Source: Candidatus Thermofontivivens primus (GTDB lineage: Bacteria > Sysuimicrobiota > Sysuimicrobiia > Sysuimicrobiales > Thermofontiviventaceae). Taken from it: a stretch of DNA of 64,000 nt. Position 1 is the first letter of the stretch; each line of letters begins with the position of its first letter. The notes under the pieces are model-generated. The model was not told the DNA's origin. It ran no database searches and saw only the letters and a list, made by a program, of their open reading frames with translations. Of the stretch, positions 20,951-29,590 are shown in pieces. The stretch covers positions 469-64,468 of the forward strand of contig JAVKJW010000009.1 in assembly GCA_031458695.1 (NCBI GenBank), read 5' to 3'. The position numbers were made by a program, and so were the translations under genes.

Positions 20951-21649
20951 TCACCACCCTGAGGCCTCTGGAAGTTCTCCATCCCTGGCATGCATCAACT
21001 CGTACCGCCGGCGTTCTAGAAGATCCAAGACCTCCGCGTCCTCGGTCTGGCGGAAATCTTCATAGAACTGCCCCACCGCGTAGAACAACACAGGGGTAGC
21101 CAAGCAAACCACATCGTCAGCCTCCTGACGAAGCCTCTCAACTCCCTCAGGAGGGGCAACGGGGATAGCAGCGACAAGCTTCTTGGGACGGACACCTCGG
21201 ATCGCTCGGAGCGCGACGATCATCGTGGAACCGGTGGCGATCCCATCGTCTACTACAATAGCACACCGCTCCTCCAGGGAAGGGAAAGGTCGATCGCCTC
21301 GATAGAGCGCCATCCGCCTGCGGATCTCTTCTTTTTGGGCCTCGACTTCCCTCAGTAGGTACTCTTCGTCAACTCCAAGCTCCCTCGCCAGCCTCTCGTC
21401 GAGGTAGATGCTTCCATCGTGCGCAACAGCCCCGATGGCCAGCTCAGGATTATGGGGCGCCCGGAGCTTCCGCGGAACAACGATGTCCAAAGGAGCATCG
21501 AGGGCAGCGGCAACCTCGTACCCAACCACCACACCCCCGCGTGGGATTGCCAGAATGTAAGGATTCTCGCTCTTGTACCGCAAGAGCGCCATCCCCAATC
21601 TTCTCCCCGCATCGCGCCGATCCCGGAACAGCATCGCCAGTACCCTCAC
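20951..21649 (-). CDS. Phosphoribosyltransferase-family protein
   Basis: 232 aa with PRPP-binding loop CAIVVDDGIATGSTM and N-terminal RDRRDAGRRLG...AIPRGGVVVG. The GTG start overlaps the upstream stop (GTGA). Confidence 0.75.
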   Translation of the reverse strand: MRVLAMLFRDRRDAGRRLGMALLRYKSENPYILAIPRGGVVVGYEVAAALDAPLDIVVPRKLRAPHNPELAIGAVAHDGSIYLDERLARELGVDEEYLLREVEAQKEEIRRRMALYRGDRPFPSLEERCAIVVDDGIATGSTMIVALRAIRGVRPKKLVAAIPVAPPEGVERLRQEADDVVCLATPVLFYAVGQFYEDFRQTEDAEVLDLLERRRYELMHARDGELPEASGW

Positions 21650-22134
21650 GACTCCGCTCTCTCTAAAGCGGCCCGTTCTTCCTCAGAAAGAGGGGAAGAA
21701 GACCGTCCACCTGTGATGGGCTTAGCATAGACTCTGGAATCCTCCCGCCCATTGAGCACACTCAGGATAATCCCATCCCGATGACCATCAAGGAGCGCAA
21801 GGCTAAAGCTCAGCTGACCTCCCATCTCCCGGAAGGCATCATAGCGGATGAACCCCATTCGTTGGAAACAGCGCTCCAGCTTCCCATGGATCTCTTGGAG
21901 CTCTCTCTGCATCCCTGCGAGCTGAGTCTGGACTTCCGCGAGGGTCTCCTGGTGTTTCTCCATCATCCTCGCCGCCTCGTATACACTCACCTTTCGGATA
22001 AGCCGATTCATTCGGTAGCTCAAGAAGCTAACCCCCACTACTGCGAAGAGTAAAATGACCTCCCCTACAAGGAGAATGGAAAAAGCCTCTTTGGAACCCA
22101 CTGCGGATCGCTTCCCTCCACACCAAGGATTCAC
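21646..22134 (-). CDS. DUF4446 family protein
   Basis: N-terminal TM helix, coiled coil, then GFIRYDAFREMGGQLSFSLALLDGHRDGIILSVLNGREDSRVYAKPI, the DUF4446 core. Start uncertain: GTG 22134 follows GAGGTGGA, and the track gives TTG 22212. Confidence 0.65.
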   Translation of the reverse strand: MNPWCGGKRSAVGSKEAFSILLVGEVILLFAVVGVSFLSYRMNRLIRKVSVYEAARMMEKHQETLAEVQTQLAGMQRELQEIHGKLERCFQRMGFIRYDAFREMGGQLSFSLALLDGHRDGIILSVLNGREDSRVYAKPITGGRSSSPLSEEERAALERAES

Positions 22135-22262
22135 TCCAAACTTTCCACCTCTTTGCAAATTTTTCCTTTCCAGATCACCTCCCTGCCCCTCATGAAACCC
22201 AAACCTCCACAATATCCAATATCTCTGGGATCTTGCTGGGGACCCATTCTTTCAAGAGGGAC

Positions 22263-22292
22263 CCCTGGCAAACGTCAAAGACCTTGCCAGGG
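22263..22292 (-). terminator. GC-rich hairpin after the DUF554 gene (possible terminator, no clear U-tract)
   Basis: CCCTGGCAA (22263-22271) and TTGCCAGGG (22284-22292) form a perfect 9-bp stem with a 12-nt loop. Confidence 0.3.
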
Positions 22293-22315
22293 CACTTCCT
22301 CGCTTTGCCAAGGCT

Positions 22316-23032
22316 TTAGGGGTGGAAGATCCGCGTAAGGGTCCCCAGAGCGGGCACCACTGCGGCTAGGATCGTGGCAATCACCAATGCCGGCAGGAGA
22401 TTCGCCACCCTGATCCTACGCAACTGAAGAAGGTTGATTCCAAGGCCCAGGATCAGTGCCCCCCCTGTTGCGGTCATCGCGTTCACCATTCCCTCTGTGA
22501 GAACTGCCTTGACTGCCGCAGCGGCAGCTGTGAGGAGACCTTGATACCCTAGAACTGTAAGGGCGGCGAAGGGAACACCAATTCCGAGGCCTGCCGCAAG
22601 GGCAACAGAAGCTGCTCCATCGAGAAGAGATTTTGTGTAGAGGAGTACAGGAGTCTGCCCGAGGCCATCCTGAATGGCTCCCAGAATGGTCATAGGTCCC
22701 ACACAGAAGAGAAGGCTTGCAGTAATGAATCCTCGCGCAAAGGCCCCGGCAGGTGCCTCTAACCCCAATCGACCCTCTGCCCACCGGCCCAGGCGCTCCA
22801 GGCCTTCCTCAATATGCAGTGCCTCTCCTACCGCCCCTCCCAGAGCGAGGCTGAAGATGACCAAGAGAAGGTTTTGTGCTTCCAGGGCCATCTTTAATCC
22901 GATGACTACAGTGGCCAGGCCTAAGGCATGGAGAAGTGTCTCTTGCATCTCCCCTGGGATCCGCTTGCGTAGGAGGATCCCCCCTAGCCCCCCAGCAATC
23001 ACGGTGATAGCATTGACAATGGTTCCTTCCAT
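22316..23032 (-). CDS. DUF554 family membrane protein
   Basis: MEGTIVNAITVIAGGLGGILLRKRIP... is the typical DUF554 N-terminus and the protein is hydrophobic throughout. ATG 23032 preferred over the track start 23071. Confidence 0.75.
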   Translation of the reverse strand: MEGTIVNAITVIAGGLGGILLRKRIPGEMQETLLHALGLATVVIGLKMALEAQNLLLVIFSLALGGAVGEALHIEEGLERLGRWAEGRLGLEAPAGAFARGFITASLLFCVGPMTILGAIQDGLGQTPVLLYTKSLLDGAASVALAAGLGIGVPFAALTVLGYQGLLTAAAAAVKAVLTEGMVNAMTATGGALILGLGINLLQLRRIRVANLLPALVIATILAAVVPALGTLTRIFHP

Positions 23033-23100
23033 GATCAATTTGTTTCCCCTGGCAAGGTACCTTGTGCCCACGAAAAGGTCTAAGTTTTCCTCGTGGCTCC

Positions 23101-23658
23101 TTAGAGGCCCAAGGTGGGGGCGATTTCCTGCATTGCGCCCAGGACGACTCCGATGTGCTCATCGAGGGAGATCCCGAGGAGTTCAGCACCCTTCAGGATA
23201 TCCTCCCGACGCACCGCCCGTGCAAACGCCTTGTCCTTGAGTTTCCTTTTCACTGAGTCCACATCCACTTCTGCGAGGGTTTTATTCGGTTTTACAAGCG
23301 CTACCGCCACAATGAATCCAGTGAGCTCATCGCAGGCGAAAAGGGCCCTTTCGAGCAGGGATTCGCGGGGAACCCCGGAGTAATCGGCGTGGGAGAGAAT
23401 GGCACGGCACAGCTCTTCAGGGAATCCAATGGACCGAAGGTACTCCACCCCGACGAAAGGATGACCTGCCTCTTGGGAGGGACAGCGCTCGTAGTCCAGG
23501 TCATGGAGGAGCCCAACGATCCCCCATGTCTCCTCGTCATCCCCAAACCGCCTGGCATAGGCCCGCATCCCCGCCTCCACAGCCAGGAGGTGCTTGCGGA
23601 GGTTTTCACCAGCAATCCAGCTCGTCACAATCTCCCATGCCTGTTCTCGGGTGAGCAC
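23101..23658 (-). CDS. HD-domain metal-dependent phosphohydrolase
   Basis: 185 aa with HD motif GLLHDLDY plus downstream H..D residues (LSHADY). The GTG start overlaps the parB stop by 1 nt and follows GGAGGGAGGG. Confidence 0.75.
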   Translation of the reverse strand: MLTREQAWEIVTSWIAGENLRKHLLAVEAGMRAYARRFGDDEETWGIVGLLHDLDYERCPSQEAGHPFVGVEYLRSIGFPEELCRAILSHADYSGVPRESLLERALFACDELTGFIVAVALVKPNKTLAEVDVDSVKRKLKDKAFARAVRREDILKGAELLGISLDEHIGVVLGAMQEIAPTLGL

Positions 23659-24551
23659 TACCCTCCCTCCCCCTTCAGGATCCTACCGGTGATCCTGTCA
23701 AGATCGCTTGATGAGTAAAACTCAATTAGGATTGCCCCCTTCTTCCTCCTTTGAATAATCCTCACTTGGGTCCCGAGGTAAGCGCGTAGCTCTTCTTCGA
23801 GAAGCGTGAGCTGTGGGTCGCGTCTTAATTGGGTTTTAGCTTTTGTTTCACGTGAAACACTCTGGACCCTCCGAACCAGGGACTCCGTCTCCCGGACCGA
23901 GAGCCCCCTTTTCTTCACCTCCCCCCAGACCTCAAGCATCCTCGTAGTATCGCCCAGTGTGAGAATTGCGCGGGCATGGCCCTCAGTAAGCTCGCCTGCC
24001 TCAAGGCTAGACTGGATCTCCTTTGGGAGCTGAAGGAGACGCAGGGTATTGGCAACTGCGGAGCGGCTCAGACCGATCCGACGGGCGATCTCCTCCTGGG
24101 TCATCTGGAACTCCTTGATCAGCCGGTCGTATGCCCGAGCACGCTCAAGCGGCGATAGGTCTAGCCTCTGGAGGTTTTCCACAAGAGCAACCTCCATGGC
24201 TTCCCTGTCCCCTAGGGGGCGGACCACGGCGGGGATGGTGGGAAGTCCTGCAGCCGCAGCGGCTCTCCACCTTCGCTCTCCCGCTACGATCTCATAGCCT
24301 TCCTCCCGTGGACGCACAAGGATTGGCTGCAGAATACCATGCTCCTTTACCGAGGCAACGAGCTGTTGGAAATCTTCACCTGGGGTTTCCGATCGTGGTT
24401 GAAAGGGCCCTGGAGAGATCAGCTCAATAGGGATCTCCTGAACCGCCTCCTCCCTGAGCTCGATTCCAGGAAAGAGGGCTGCAAGCCCCTTCCCCAACCC
24501 TCCCTTTTTTCGGCCGCCCCGATCAGGGGACTCGTGTGAGGAGACCGGCAC
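23658..24551 (-). CDS. parB: Chromosome partitioning protein ParB/Spo0J
   Basis: GLGKGLAALF and IVAGERRWRAA box, HTH, C-terminal dimerisation region. GTG 24551 lies 8 nt after AAGGAGGT and overlaps the parA 3' end by 29 nt. Confidence 0.92.
   Translation of the reverse strand: MPVSSHESPDRGGRKKGGLGKGLAALFPGIELREEAVQEIPIELISPGPFQPRSETPGEDFQQLVASVKEHGILQPILVRPREEGYEIVAGERRWRAAAAAGLPTIPAVVRPLGDREAMEVALVENLQRLDLSPLERARAYDRLIKEFQMTQEEIARRIGLSRSAVANTLRLLQLPKEIQSSLEAGELTEGHARAILTLGDTTRMLEVWGEVKKRGLSVRETESLVRRVQSVSRETKAKTQLRRDPQLTLLEEELRAYLGTQVRIIQRRKKGAILIEFYSSSDLDRITGRILKGEGG
23844..23859. other. parS centromere site TGTTTCACGTGAAACA
   Basis: Perfect 16-bp palindrome matching the Bacillus-type parS consensus TGTTNCACGTGAAACA, located inside the 3' part of parB. 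Confidence 0.8.
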
Positions 24552-25305
24552 GAGATTCTACCTCCTTTGCGAGGTTTCTATATGCCTCTGCCCCCCGGCA
24601 CGAAGAATCATAGAGGATGATCGGTTGCCCGTAGCTGGGGGCCTCTGCCAACCGGACGCTTCTGGGGATCACCGTCTCAAATACTTTCTCCTTGAAATAC
24701 CTCCGGACCTCGTCGACAACCTGTTGGGAGAGGTTCGTCCGCGCGTCGTACATCGTCAAGAGCACCCCTCCGATGCGAAGGTTGGGGTTGAGGTGCCGTC
24801 GGACGAGGGCAATGGAATCCACAAGCTGGGAGAGCCCTTCAAGGGCGTAGTATTCGCACTGGATTGGGATGATGGTCTCGTCCGCGGCGACAAGGGCGTT
24901 CACTGTCAATAGACCAAGGGATGGGGGACAGTCCACGAGGAGGAGGTCGTATTTCTCCCGCAGAGGAGACAACGCAGCTCGAAGCCTCCCTTCTCTCCCT
25001 GGGGCTGTGACAAGCTCCACCTCTGCCCCTGCTAGGTGGATGCTCGCCGGTGCGAGGTCCAGGTTCATCACGGGCGTTGGGAGAATGACCCCTTCCATGG
25101 GCTCACCGCGAATAAGGACATCGTACATCGAGACAACGACATCCCGTTTCCGCACCCCCACCCCGCTCGTCGCATTTGCCTGGGGGTCCATGTCGATGAG
25201 AAGGATCCGGTGGGACCGTTCAGCGAGGCAGGCTCCTAAGTTCACTGCCGTGGTGGACTTCCCCACCCCGCCCTTCTGGTTGACAATTGTTAGAACTATT
25301 CCCAC
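24523..25305 (-). CDS. parA: Chromosome partitioning ATPase ParA/Soj
   Basis: Deviant Walker A VNQKGGVGKSTTAVNLG. Start taken at GTG 25305 (VGIVLTIVNQKGG..., AGGGG upstream); the track start 25326 has no SD. Confidence 0.9.
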   Translation of the reverse strand: MGIVLTIVNQKGGVGKSTTAVNLGACLAERSHRILLIDMDPQANATSGVGVRKRDVVVSMYDVLIRGEPMEGVILPTPVMNLDLAPASIHLAGAEVELVTAPGREGRLRAALSPLREKYDLLLVDCPPSLGLLTVNALVAADETIIPIQCEYYALEGLSQLVDSIALVRRHLNPNLRIGGVLLTMYDARTNLSQQVVDEVRRYFKEKVFETVIPRSVRLAEAPSYGQPIILYDSSCRGAEAYRNLAKEVESRAGLLTRVP

Positions 25306-25367
25306 GGTTGGACCCCTAAGATGCACTTCTTCAAACCATTTCGCTAGAGTGGTGAAACATCCTGCCC

Positions 25368-26108
25368 TTACAGGGGTCTCCTGGATGGGATCCCAGGACG
25401 GCGGGGATACCCAGTCGGCGTGGAGGTAACCTTGGGAACGACGACAACTACACGCACGAGGTCTGTAAAAGGAAGCGCTACAGGGATCGACAAAGGGGGT
25501 CCCCCACCCAATATTTGCAAGGCCCTCCTTGCGCCCCTTATCTCCTCGTCTGCACGCTTCCCTTTAAGGAAGACGCCGATCCCCCCTACCTCCACGAAGG
25601 GAAGGCAAAATTCCAGAAGGACTCGGAGAGGAGCTACTGCCCTGGAAACCACGCGGGGGAATCGCTCCCTCCAGTTGAGGTCGTGGGCGATATCCTCCGC
25701 TCTCCCCCAGATCACCTGGAGGGGGACCTTCAGTGTCCAGGCGAGACGCTCAAGGAATGCAGCGCGCCGCCTGGACGCCTCTAGGAGGATCACCTGGATG
25801 TCGGGGCGTACAATCGCAAGAGGTACCCCCGGGAACCCTGCCCCTGATCCAACATCGAGGACCTCGGACCCGCTCGGGAAGTCTGTTCCTTTTAACACAA
25901 GAAGGGAATCAAGGAAGTGATGGATCACAATTTCTTCAGGGTCTGTCTGGGCCGTCAACCCAAGCCGGGGATTCCAAGTAAGGAGAAGCTCGATGTAACG
26001 TTGGAATTGTGCTTCCTGGTCGGGGAGGAGGGAGATGCCCAGTTCATAGGCGCCCCTGCGGAGAAGAGCAAGGGGGTCGCCTTCCCCACGGAAATCCGCA
26101 TGGAGCAC
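25368..26108 (-). CDS. rsmG: 16S rRNA (guanine527-N7)-methyltransferase RsmG (GidB)
   Basis: 246 aa with SAM motif VLDVGSGAGFPGVPLAI, in the conserved position between parA and jag. Confidence 0.9.
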   Translation of the reverse strand: MLHADFRGEGDPLALLRRGAYELGISLLPDQEAQFQRYIELLLTWNPRLGLTAQTDPEEIVIHHFLDSLLVLKGTDFPSGSEVLDVGSGAGFPGVPLAIVRPDIQVILLEASRRRAAFLERLAWTLKVPLQVIWGRAEDIAHDLNWRERFPRVVSRAVAPLRVLLEFCLPFVEVGGIGVFLKGKRADEEIRGARRALQILGGGPPLSIPVALPFTDLVRVVVVVPKVTSTPTGYPRRPGIPSRRPL

Positions 26109-26110
26109 GC

Positions 26111-26776
26111 TTACATCCCGCCTCCCTCACCTTGGTGAGGAGATGCCGTCTCCTTGTTGTGGGGTTTGGGGGCGATCACCACCCTTCGCTGTTCCCCAGC
26201 CCCCTCGCTATAGGTGTACACGCGGGGGTGATCCTGGAGGGTCATGTGGATGACTCTGCGATCCCTTGCACTCATGGGCTCCAAGGGAATCTCTCGCCCC
26301 TCCTGAACCACACGCCTTGCTACCCGCCTTGCCAAGACTGCCAGGGCTTTCCTCCTGCGTTCTCGATACCCCTCCACGTCCACCGTGACCTGAAGACGTT
26401 TCCCCGCGCGCCGGGAGAGGATCAGGGTGGTGAGGTATTCTAAGGCATCTAGGGTCTGGCCCCGCTTTCCAATGAGGACTCCAAGGTCTCTCCCCTCCAC
26501 ACTAACTTCGATGGACTCCCTCGACCTCTTGACCTGGATCTTCCCTTGGAATCCCATCTCTTTGATGATGCGCCCCACAATCTCTCCTGCAAGCTTTGCA
26601 TAGTCCTGGCGGACGCGGACGAGGACTCTCGCCTCCTTCCCGCCGAACCCGAAGACCCCACGGCTTCCTTCCTCCAGGACCTCCACATCTACCTCATCCC
26701 GGTCCACCCCGAGCGTGCGAAGGGCTTTCTCGACAGCCTCATCGACGGTCCGCCCGGTCTCTTCCAGCTCCTTCAC
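26111..26776 (-). CDS. jag: Jag/KhpB-like RNA-binding protein (Jag_N, KH, R3H)
   Basis: VKELEETGRTVDEAVEKALRTLGVDRDEVDVEVLEEG... (Jag N-domain), KH-like centre, R3H end (RRVIHMTLQ). GTG 26776 overlaps the yidC stop as GTGA; the track N-extension overlaps yidC. Confidence 0.85.
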   Translation of the reverse strand: MKELEETGRTVDEAVEKALRTLGVDRDEVDVEVLEEGSRGVFGFGGKEARVLVRVRQDYAKLAGEIVGRIIKEMGFQGKIQVKRSRESIEVSVEGRDLGVLIGKRGQTLDALEYLTTLILSRRAGKRLQVTVDVEGYRERRRKALAVLARRVARRVVQEGREIPLEPMSARDRRVIHMTLQDHPRVYTYSEGAGEQRRVVIAPKPHNKETASPHQGEGGGM

Positions 26777-27465
26777 GTTCGCCTCGCTCCTTTCTGTACA
26801 ACTCTCGCAGGAGCAGACCGCTGCGCCTGTAGCCGTGGCCGGCCAACCACGATGAGATATTCCACAAGGTAGGCCAGGGTGGAGACGATCCAATATACCG
26901 AGACACCGATGGGCATGAGGGTTGCGAAGTAGGCAACCATGAGGGGCATCAAAACAAACATGCGCGCTTGCGCTGGGTCTGTGACTGTGAGGTGCTGCTG
27001 TAGGTATGTCGTGGCTCCAACGAGAATGGGAAAGATCATCCAGATCGGGTGTTTCGTAAGTACTTCCACCGAGAGCCGCGGGACTGCGTCAAGGGGAATC
27101 CCAAAGATGGTTGCCCCGCTGAATAGTCCGGGGGTATAAAGTGCGCGAAAGAGCGCCCAGAGGACTGGAAGCTGGATTAGCATAGGGAGGCATCCTCCAA
27201 AGGGGTTTACCCCATGGGCACGGTAGAGCTGCATGAGCTCCTTGTTGAGACGCTGGGGATCATCCTTGTATTTCCGGCGGAGCTCCTCCATTTTAGGGGC
27301 GAGCATCTGCATCCCCTTCATGGACTTCAGTTGGGTACGGGTGAGAGGGTGGAGGATTAACTTGATTACAAGGGTAAGGAGGACAATGGCTAAGGCATAG
27401 CTCTTGGTGAAGCCATAAAAAAAGTGGAGTGCATTGGTGATTAGATGGACAAGACCTTGAAACAT
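26773..27465 (-). CDS. yidC: Membrane protein insertase YidC (short, Gram-positive type)
   Basis: Motifs LAPKMEELRRKYKDDPQRLNKELMQLYRAHGVNPFGGCLPMLIQLPV. ATG 27465 lies 6 nt after GAGGAG and downstream of the yidD stop. Confidence 0.9.
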   Translation of the reverse strand: MFQGLVHLITNALHFFYGFTKSYALAIVLLTLVIKLILHPLTRTQLKSMKGMQMLAPKMEELRRKYKDDPQRLNKELMQLYRAHGVNPFGGCLPMLIQLPVLWALFRALYTPGLFSGATIFGIPLDAVPRLSVEVLTKHPIWMIFPILVGATTYLQQHLTVTDPAQARMFVLMPLMVAYFATLMPIGVSVYWIVSTLAYLVEYLIVVGRPRLQAQRSAPARVVQKGARRT

Positions 27466-27475
27466 CGTGTACTCC

Positions 27476-27697
27476 TCATGGCACCGGATCGAATCCGCCC
27501 GGGTGGAATGGATGACACCGCAACAACCTCCGGAGGGCAAGCCACAAACCCCGGATGGCCCCGTACTTGCTCACCGCCTCAAGGGCGTACTGCGAGCAAG
27601 AAGGATAGAATCGGCAGGAGGGAGGTAGATAAGGAGAGAGAAACCTCTGGTAGCCGCGGATCGCCACGATGAGGATCTCCCGCAAGCTTAGCCGCAT
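27476..27697 (-). CDS. yidD: Membrane protein insertion efficiency factor YidD
   Basis: 73 aa with [26 protein letters not shown] signature. AGGAGGAAGT precedes the ATG. Confidence 0.88.
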   Translation of the reverse strand: MRLSLREILIVAIRGYQRFLSPYLPPSCRFYPSCSQYALEAVSKYGAIRGLWLALRRLLRCHPFHPGGFDPVP

Positions 27698-27718
27698 ACT
27701 TCCTCCTATCCCCCTGGG

Positions 27719-28069
27719 CTACGCTTCCATGAGCAAGCCAGCCTGTGAAAGGACCTCAGCCAAGCTGCTCACGAAATCCGAAAACCGTTCCTTCCCTTCA
27801 ATGGCGCCGGCGCGGGGGATGATCACTACATCCGCTCCCTCTTTCAGGAATGGGGCGAGCCTCCGCACAGCCTCCCGAATCCTCCGTCGAAGTCTATTCC
27901 TTTCAACTGCCCCGCCATGCCGGTGGCCCACCACGATCCCGACCCGGAGACCTGCCCCCCCTCGGTCCAGCACGTAAACCAAGAAGGAATCGCCGCTATA
28001 CCTGCGCCCAAACCGGTAGGCCCGCTGGAAATCTCTGCTCTGGGAAAGCCGATCAAAGGGCTTTGACAA
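27719..28069 (-). CDS. rnpA: Ribonuclease P protein component
   Basis: SQSRDFQRAYRFGRR...AVERNRLRRRIREAVR is typical RnpA. Trimmed to TTG 28069, just after the rpmH stop; the exact start is uncertain (CTG 28072 adjacent). Confidence 0.85.
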   Translation of the reverse strand: MSKPFDRLSQSRDFQRAYRFGRRYSGDSFLVYVLDRGGAGLRVGIVVGHRHGGAVERNRLRRRIREAVRRLAPFLKEGADVVIIPRAGAIEGKERFSDFVSSLAEVLSQAGLLMEA

Positions 28070-28076
28070 CAGCCGC

Positions 28077-28214
28077 TCACACCGTAAGCCTCTTCCTCCC
28101 CTTGGCCCTCCTTCGCCGGAGGACATTGCGTCCTCCCGGCGTGGCCATACGGGCGAGGAACCCATGAACCCTCTTCCGTCGATGGCGCTTGGGTTGATAC
28201 GTCCGTTTAGGCAA
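28077..28214 (-). CDS. rpmH: 50S ribosomal protein L34
   Basis: [47 protein letters not shown] 28214 gives the canonical length of about 45 aa; the track ORF is over-extended to 28292. Confidence 0.9.
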   Translation of the reverse strand: MPKRTYQPKRHRRKRVHGFLARMATPGGRNVLRRRRAKGRKRLTV

Positions 28215-28266
28215 TCCACTGACCCCTTTCCAAACGGGGATCTGGTAGCCCGAAATTTGCCTATCT

Positions 28267-28296
28267 ACTATACCATAAACCCTGCGGCACATTCAA
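28267..28296 (-). promoter_or_regulatory. Candidate rpmH-rnpA promoter with extended -10
   Basis: Minus strand reads TTGAAT (28296-28291), 18 nt, TGgTATAGT (28275-28267). Confidence 0.45.
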
Positions 28297-28330
28297 CCGC
28301 AACCGTGCCGTAACACCGTGATACCACTGA

Positions 28331-28590
28331 TGTGGATAGGCTGGGGATAAGCCAATGAATTATCCACATTTTCTTGGGCTGCCGACTGCCTTATCCCCAA
28401 TTCCTCGGAAGAACAGGTGAACTTTTAAGCGACCCCTTCGAGGAATCATTGCTGGTTATCCACAAGATTTTCCACACCTGTGGATAACCGGTACACCCCT
28501 CCCCGCATACAAGAATACGTCCCTATGTTCGACAGGGAACCTCGATGCCAGGAGCGAATGGAACGGCGCGCCTTTCCAAAGTTATCCACA
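28331..28590. other. oriC part 1: DnaA-box cluster between rpmH and the GHKL/wHTH gene
   Basis: Perfect boxes: TTATCCACA at 28360, 28456 and 28582; TGTGGATAA at 28479. One-mismatch boxes: TGTGGATAG 28331, TGGGGATAA 28342, TTATCCCCA 28391, TTTTCCACA 28468. Confidence 0.8.
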
Positions 28591-28683
28591 ACCACGATGT
28601 ATTCTTGAACTATCACAGAACGCGAACTTGGAAGGAGGTCCTTTGTGGGTCTTAGTAGGAGTTTTTGAGGAGGTGGCAAATTT

Positions 28684-29517
28684 ATGGAGGCGCACGCACG
28701 GGAGGACAGGTCCACCTTACAAGATCTTTTCCTCCGCCTCCTCCGCGACCGGGGGCGTCACCGCGAGGAGGAGATACCAGAAGGAGGTCCTGAAGTGCGT
28801 CTGGCGATTTACGACTCTCCCCAGGCCACCCCACAGGTTATCTCCCTCTCCTCGTCCGATTTCCATGAACTGGTCGGGGAGCTTGCCAGCAAAACGTATA
28901 ACTATTCCCGGGAGCGGGGGGGGCGCATCCCTTATGTCGTGATCCGGGAGATCATCGAGAACCTGATCCACGCCTACTTCCAGGATGCCGTGATCACCAT
29001 TCTTGAGGATGGAAACACTATCCGGATCTCCGATAGAGGTCCAGGGATTAAAGACAAAGAGAAAGCCTTCCTCCCTGGCTTTACAACAGCAACTAGGGAG
29101 ATGAAGCGGTTCATCCGAGGGGTGGGGTCTGGTCTCCCTGTTGCCAGGGAGCAACTGAGCTTCCTTGGTGGGACCATCACCATTGAAGATAATTTAGAGC
29201 ATGGTACTGTGGTGACATTACAGATGGAAAAGCGCCTTCCTCATGGCCGGATCGCTCCAGGGCTCCCTGCGTCACCCCCACCACACACGCACCGCTTGCC
29301 ACTCACACCGCGCCAGAAGAAGATCCTCCTCCTCATTGCCGAGCTCGGGTCGGTGGGCCCGACCACCCTCTCCAAGGAGCTTGGGATTAGCCACAGCACG
29401 GCTTACCGAGAACTCCAGATCCTGGAGAGCCTACAGCTAGTCACCACGAAAGGAGGAGGAAAACGCACTTTGACCGAGGAAGGCATCGCATACCTCGACG
29501 AGGTCTTTAAACCCTAA
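28684..29517 (+). CDS. GHKL (HATPase_c-like) ATP-binding domain fused to a C-terminal winged-helix HTH; function unknown
   Basis: 277 aa with ATG 8 nt after GAGGAGGTG. Bergerat-fold motifs occur in order: EIIENLIHA (N box), ISDRGPGI (G1), GVGSGLPVA (G2), GTVVTLQM. A Pro-rich linker leads to the HTH ILLLIAELGSVGPTTLSKELGISHSTAYRELQILESLQLV. No His-phosphotransfer domain and no TM. Confidence 0.7.
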   Translation: MEAHAREDRSTLQDLFLRLLRDRGRHREEEIPEGGPEVRLAIYDSPQATPQVISLSSSDFHELVGELASKTYNYSRERGGRIPYVVIREIIENLIHAYFQDAVITILEDGNTIRISDRGPGIKDKEKAFLPGFTTATREMKRFIRGVGSGLPVAREQLSFLGGTITIEDNLEHGTVVTLQMEKRLPHGRIAPGLPASPPPHTHRLPLTPRQKKILLLIAELGSVGPTTLSKELGISHSTAYRELQILESLQLVTTKGGGKRTLTEEGIAYLDEVFKP

Positions 29518-29562
29518 AATATCCGGCGCAGATCAGGGATTAGGTAGCCACAGCCAAATCTA

Positions 29563-29590
29563 TTCGCAAGGTTTGTTTGGGACTTAAAAT
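29563..29590 (+). promoter_or_regulatory. Candidate dnaA-proximal promoter
   Basis: TTCGCA (29563-29568), 16 nt, TAAAAT (29585-29590), about 25 nt upstream of the dnaA GTG. Confidence 0.35.

Noticed and set aside
22135-22315. Possible glycine riboswitch upstream of the gcv-containing unit
   Set aside because: The minus-strand sequence lacks the conserved aptamer cores (GGAGAG ... ACCGAAGGGGCAA-type) by eye; only a simple 9-bp hairpin is present. An Infernal scan is needed for certainty.
28446-28715. 89-aa minus-strand ORF in the rpmH-dnaA region
   Set aside because: Its C-terminal residues (..RLSTGVENLVDNQQ) are simply translated DnaA boxes. It lies within oriC and overlaps the SD and start of the GHKL/wHTH gene.
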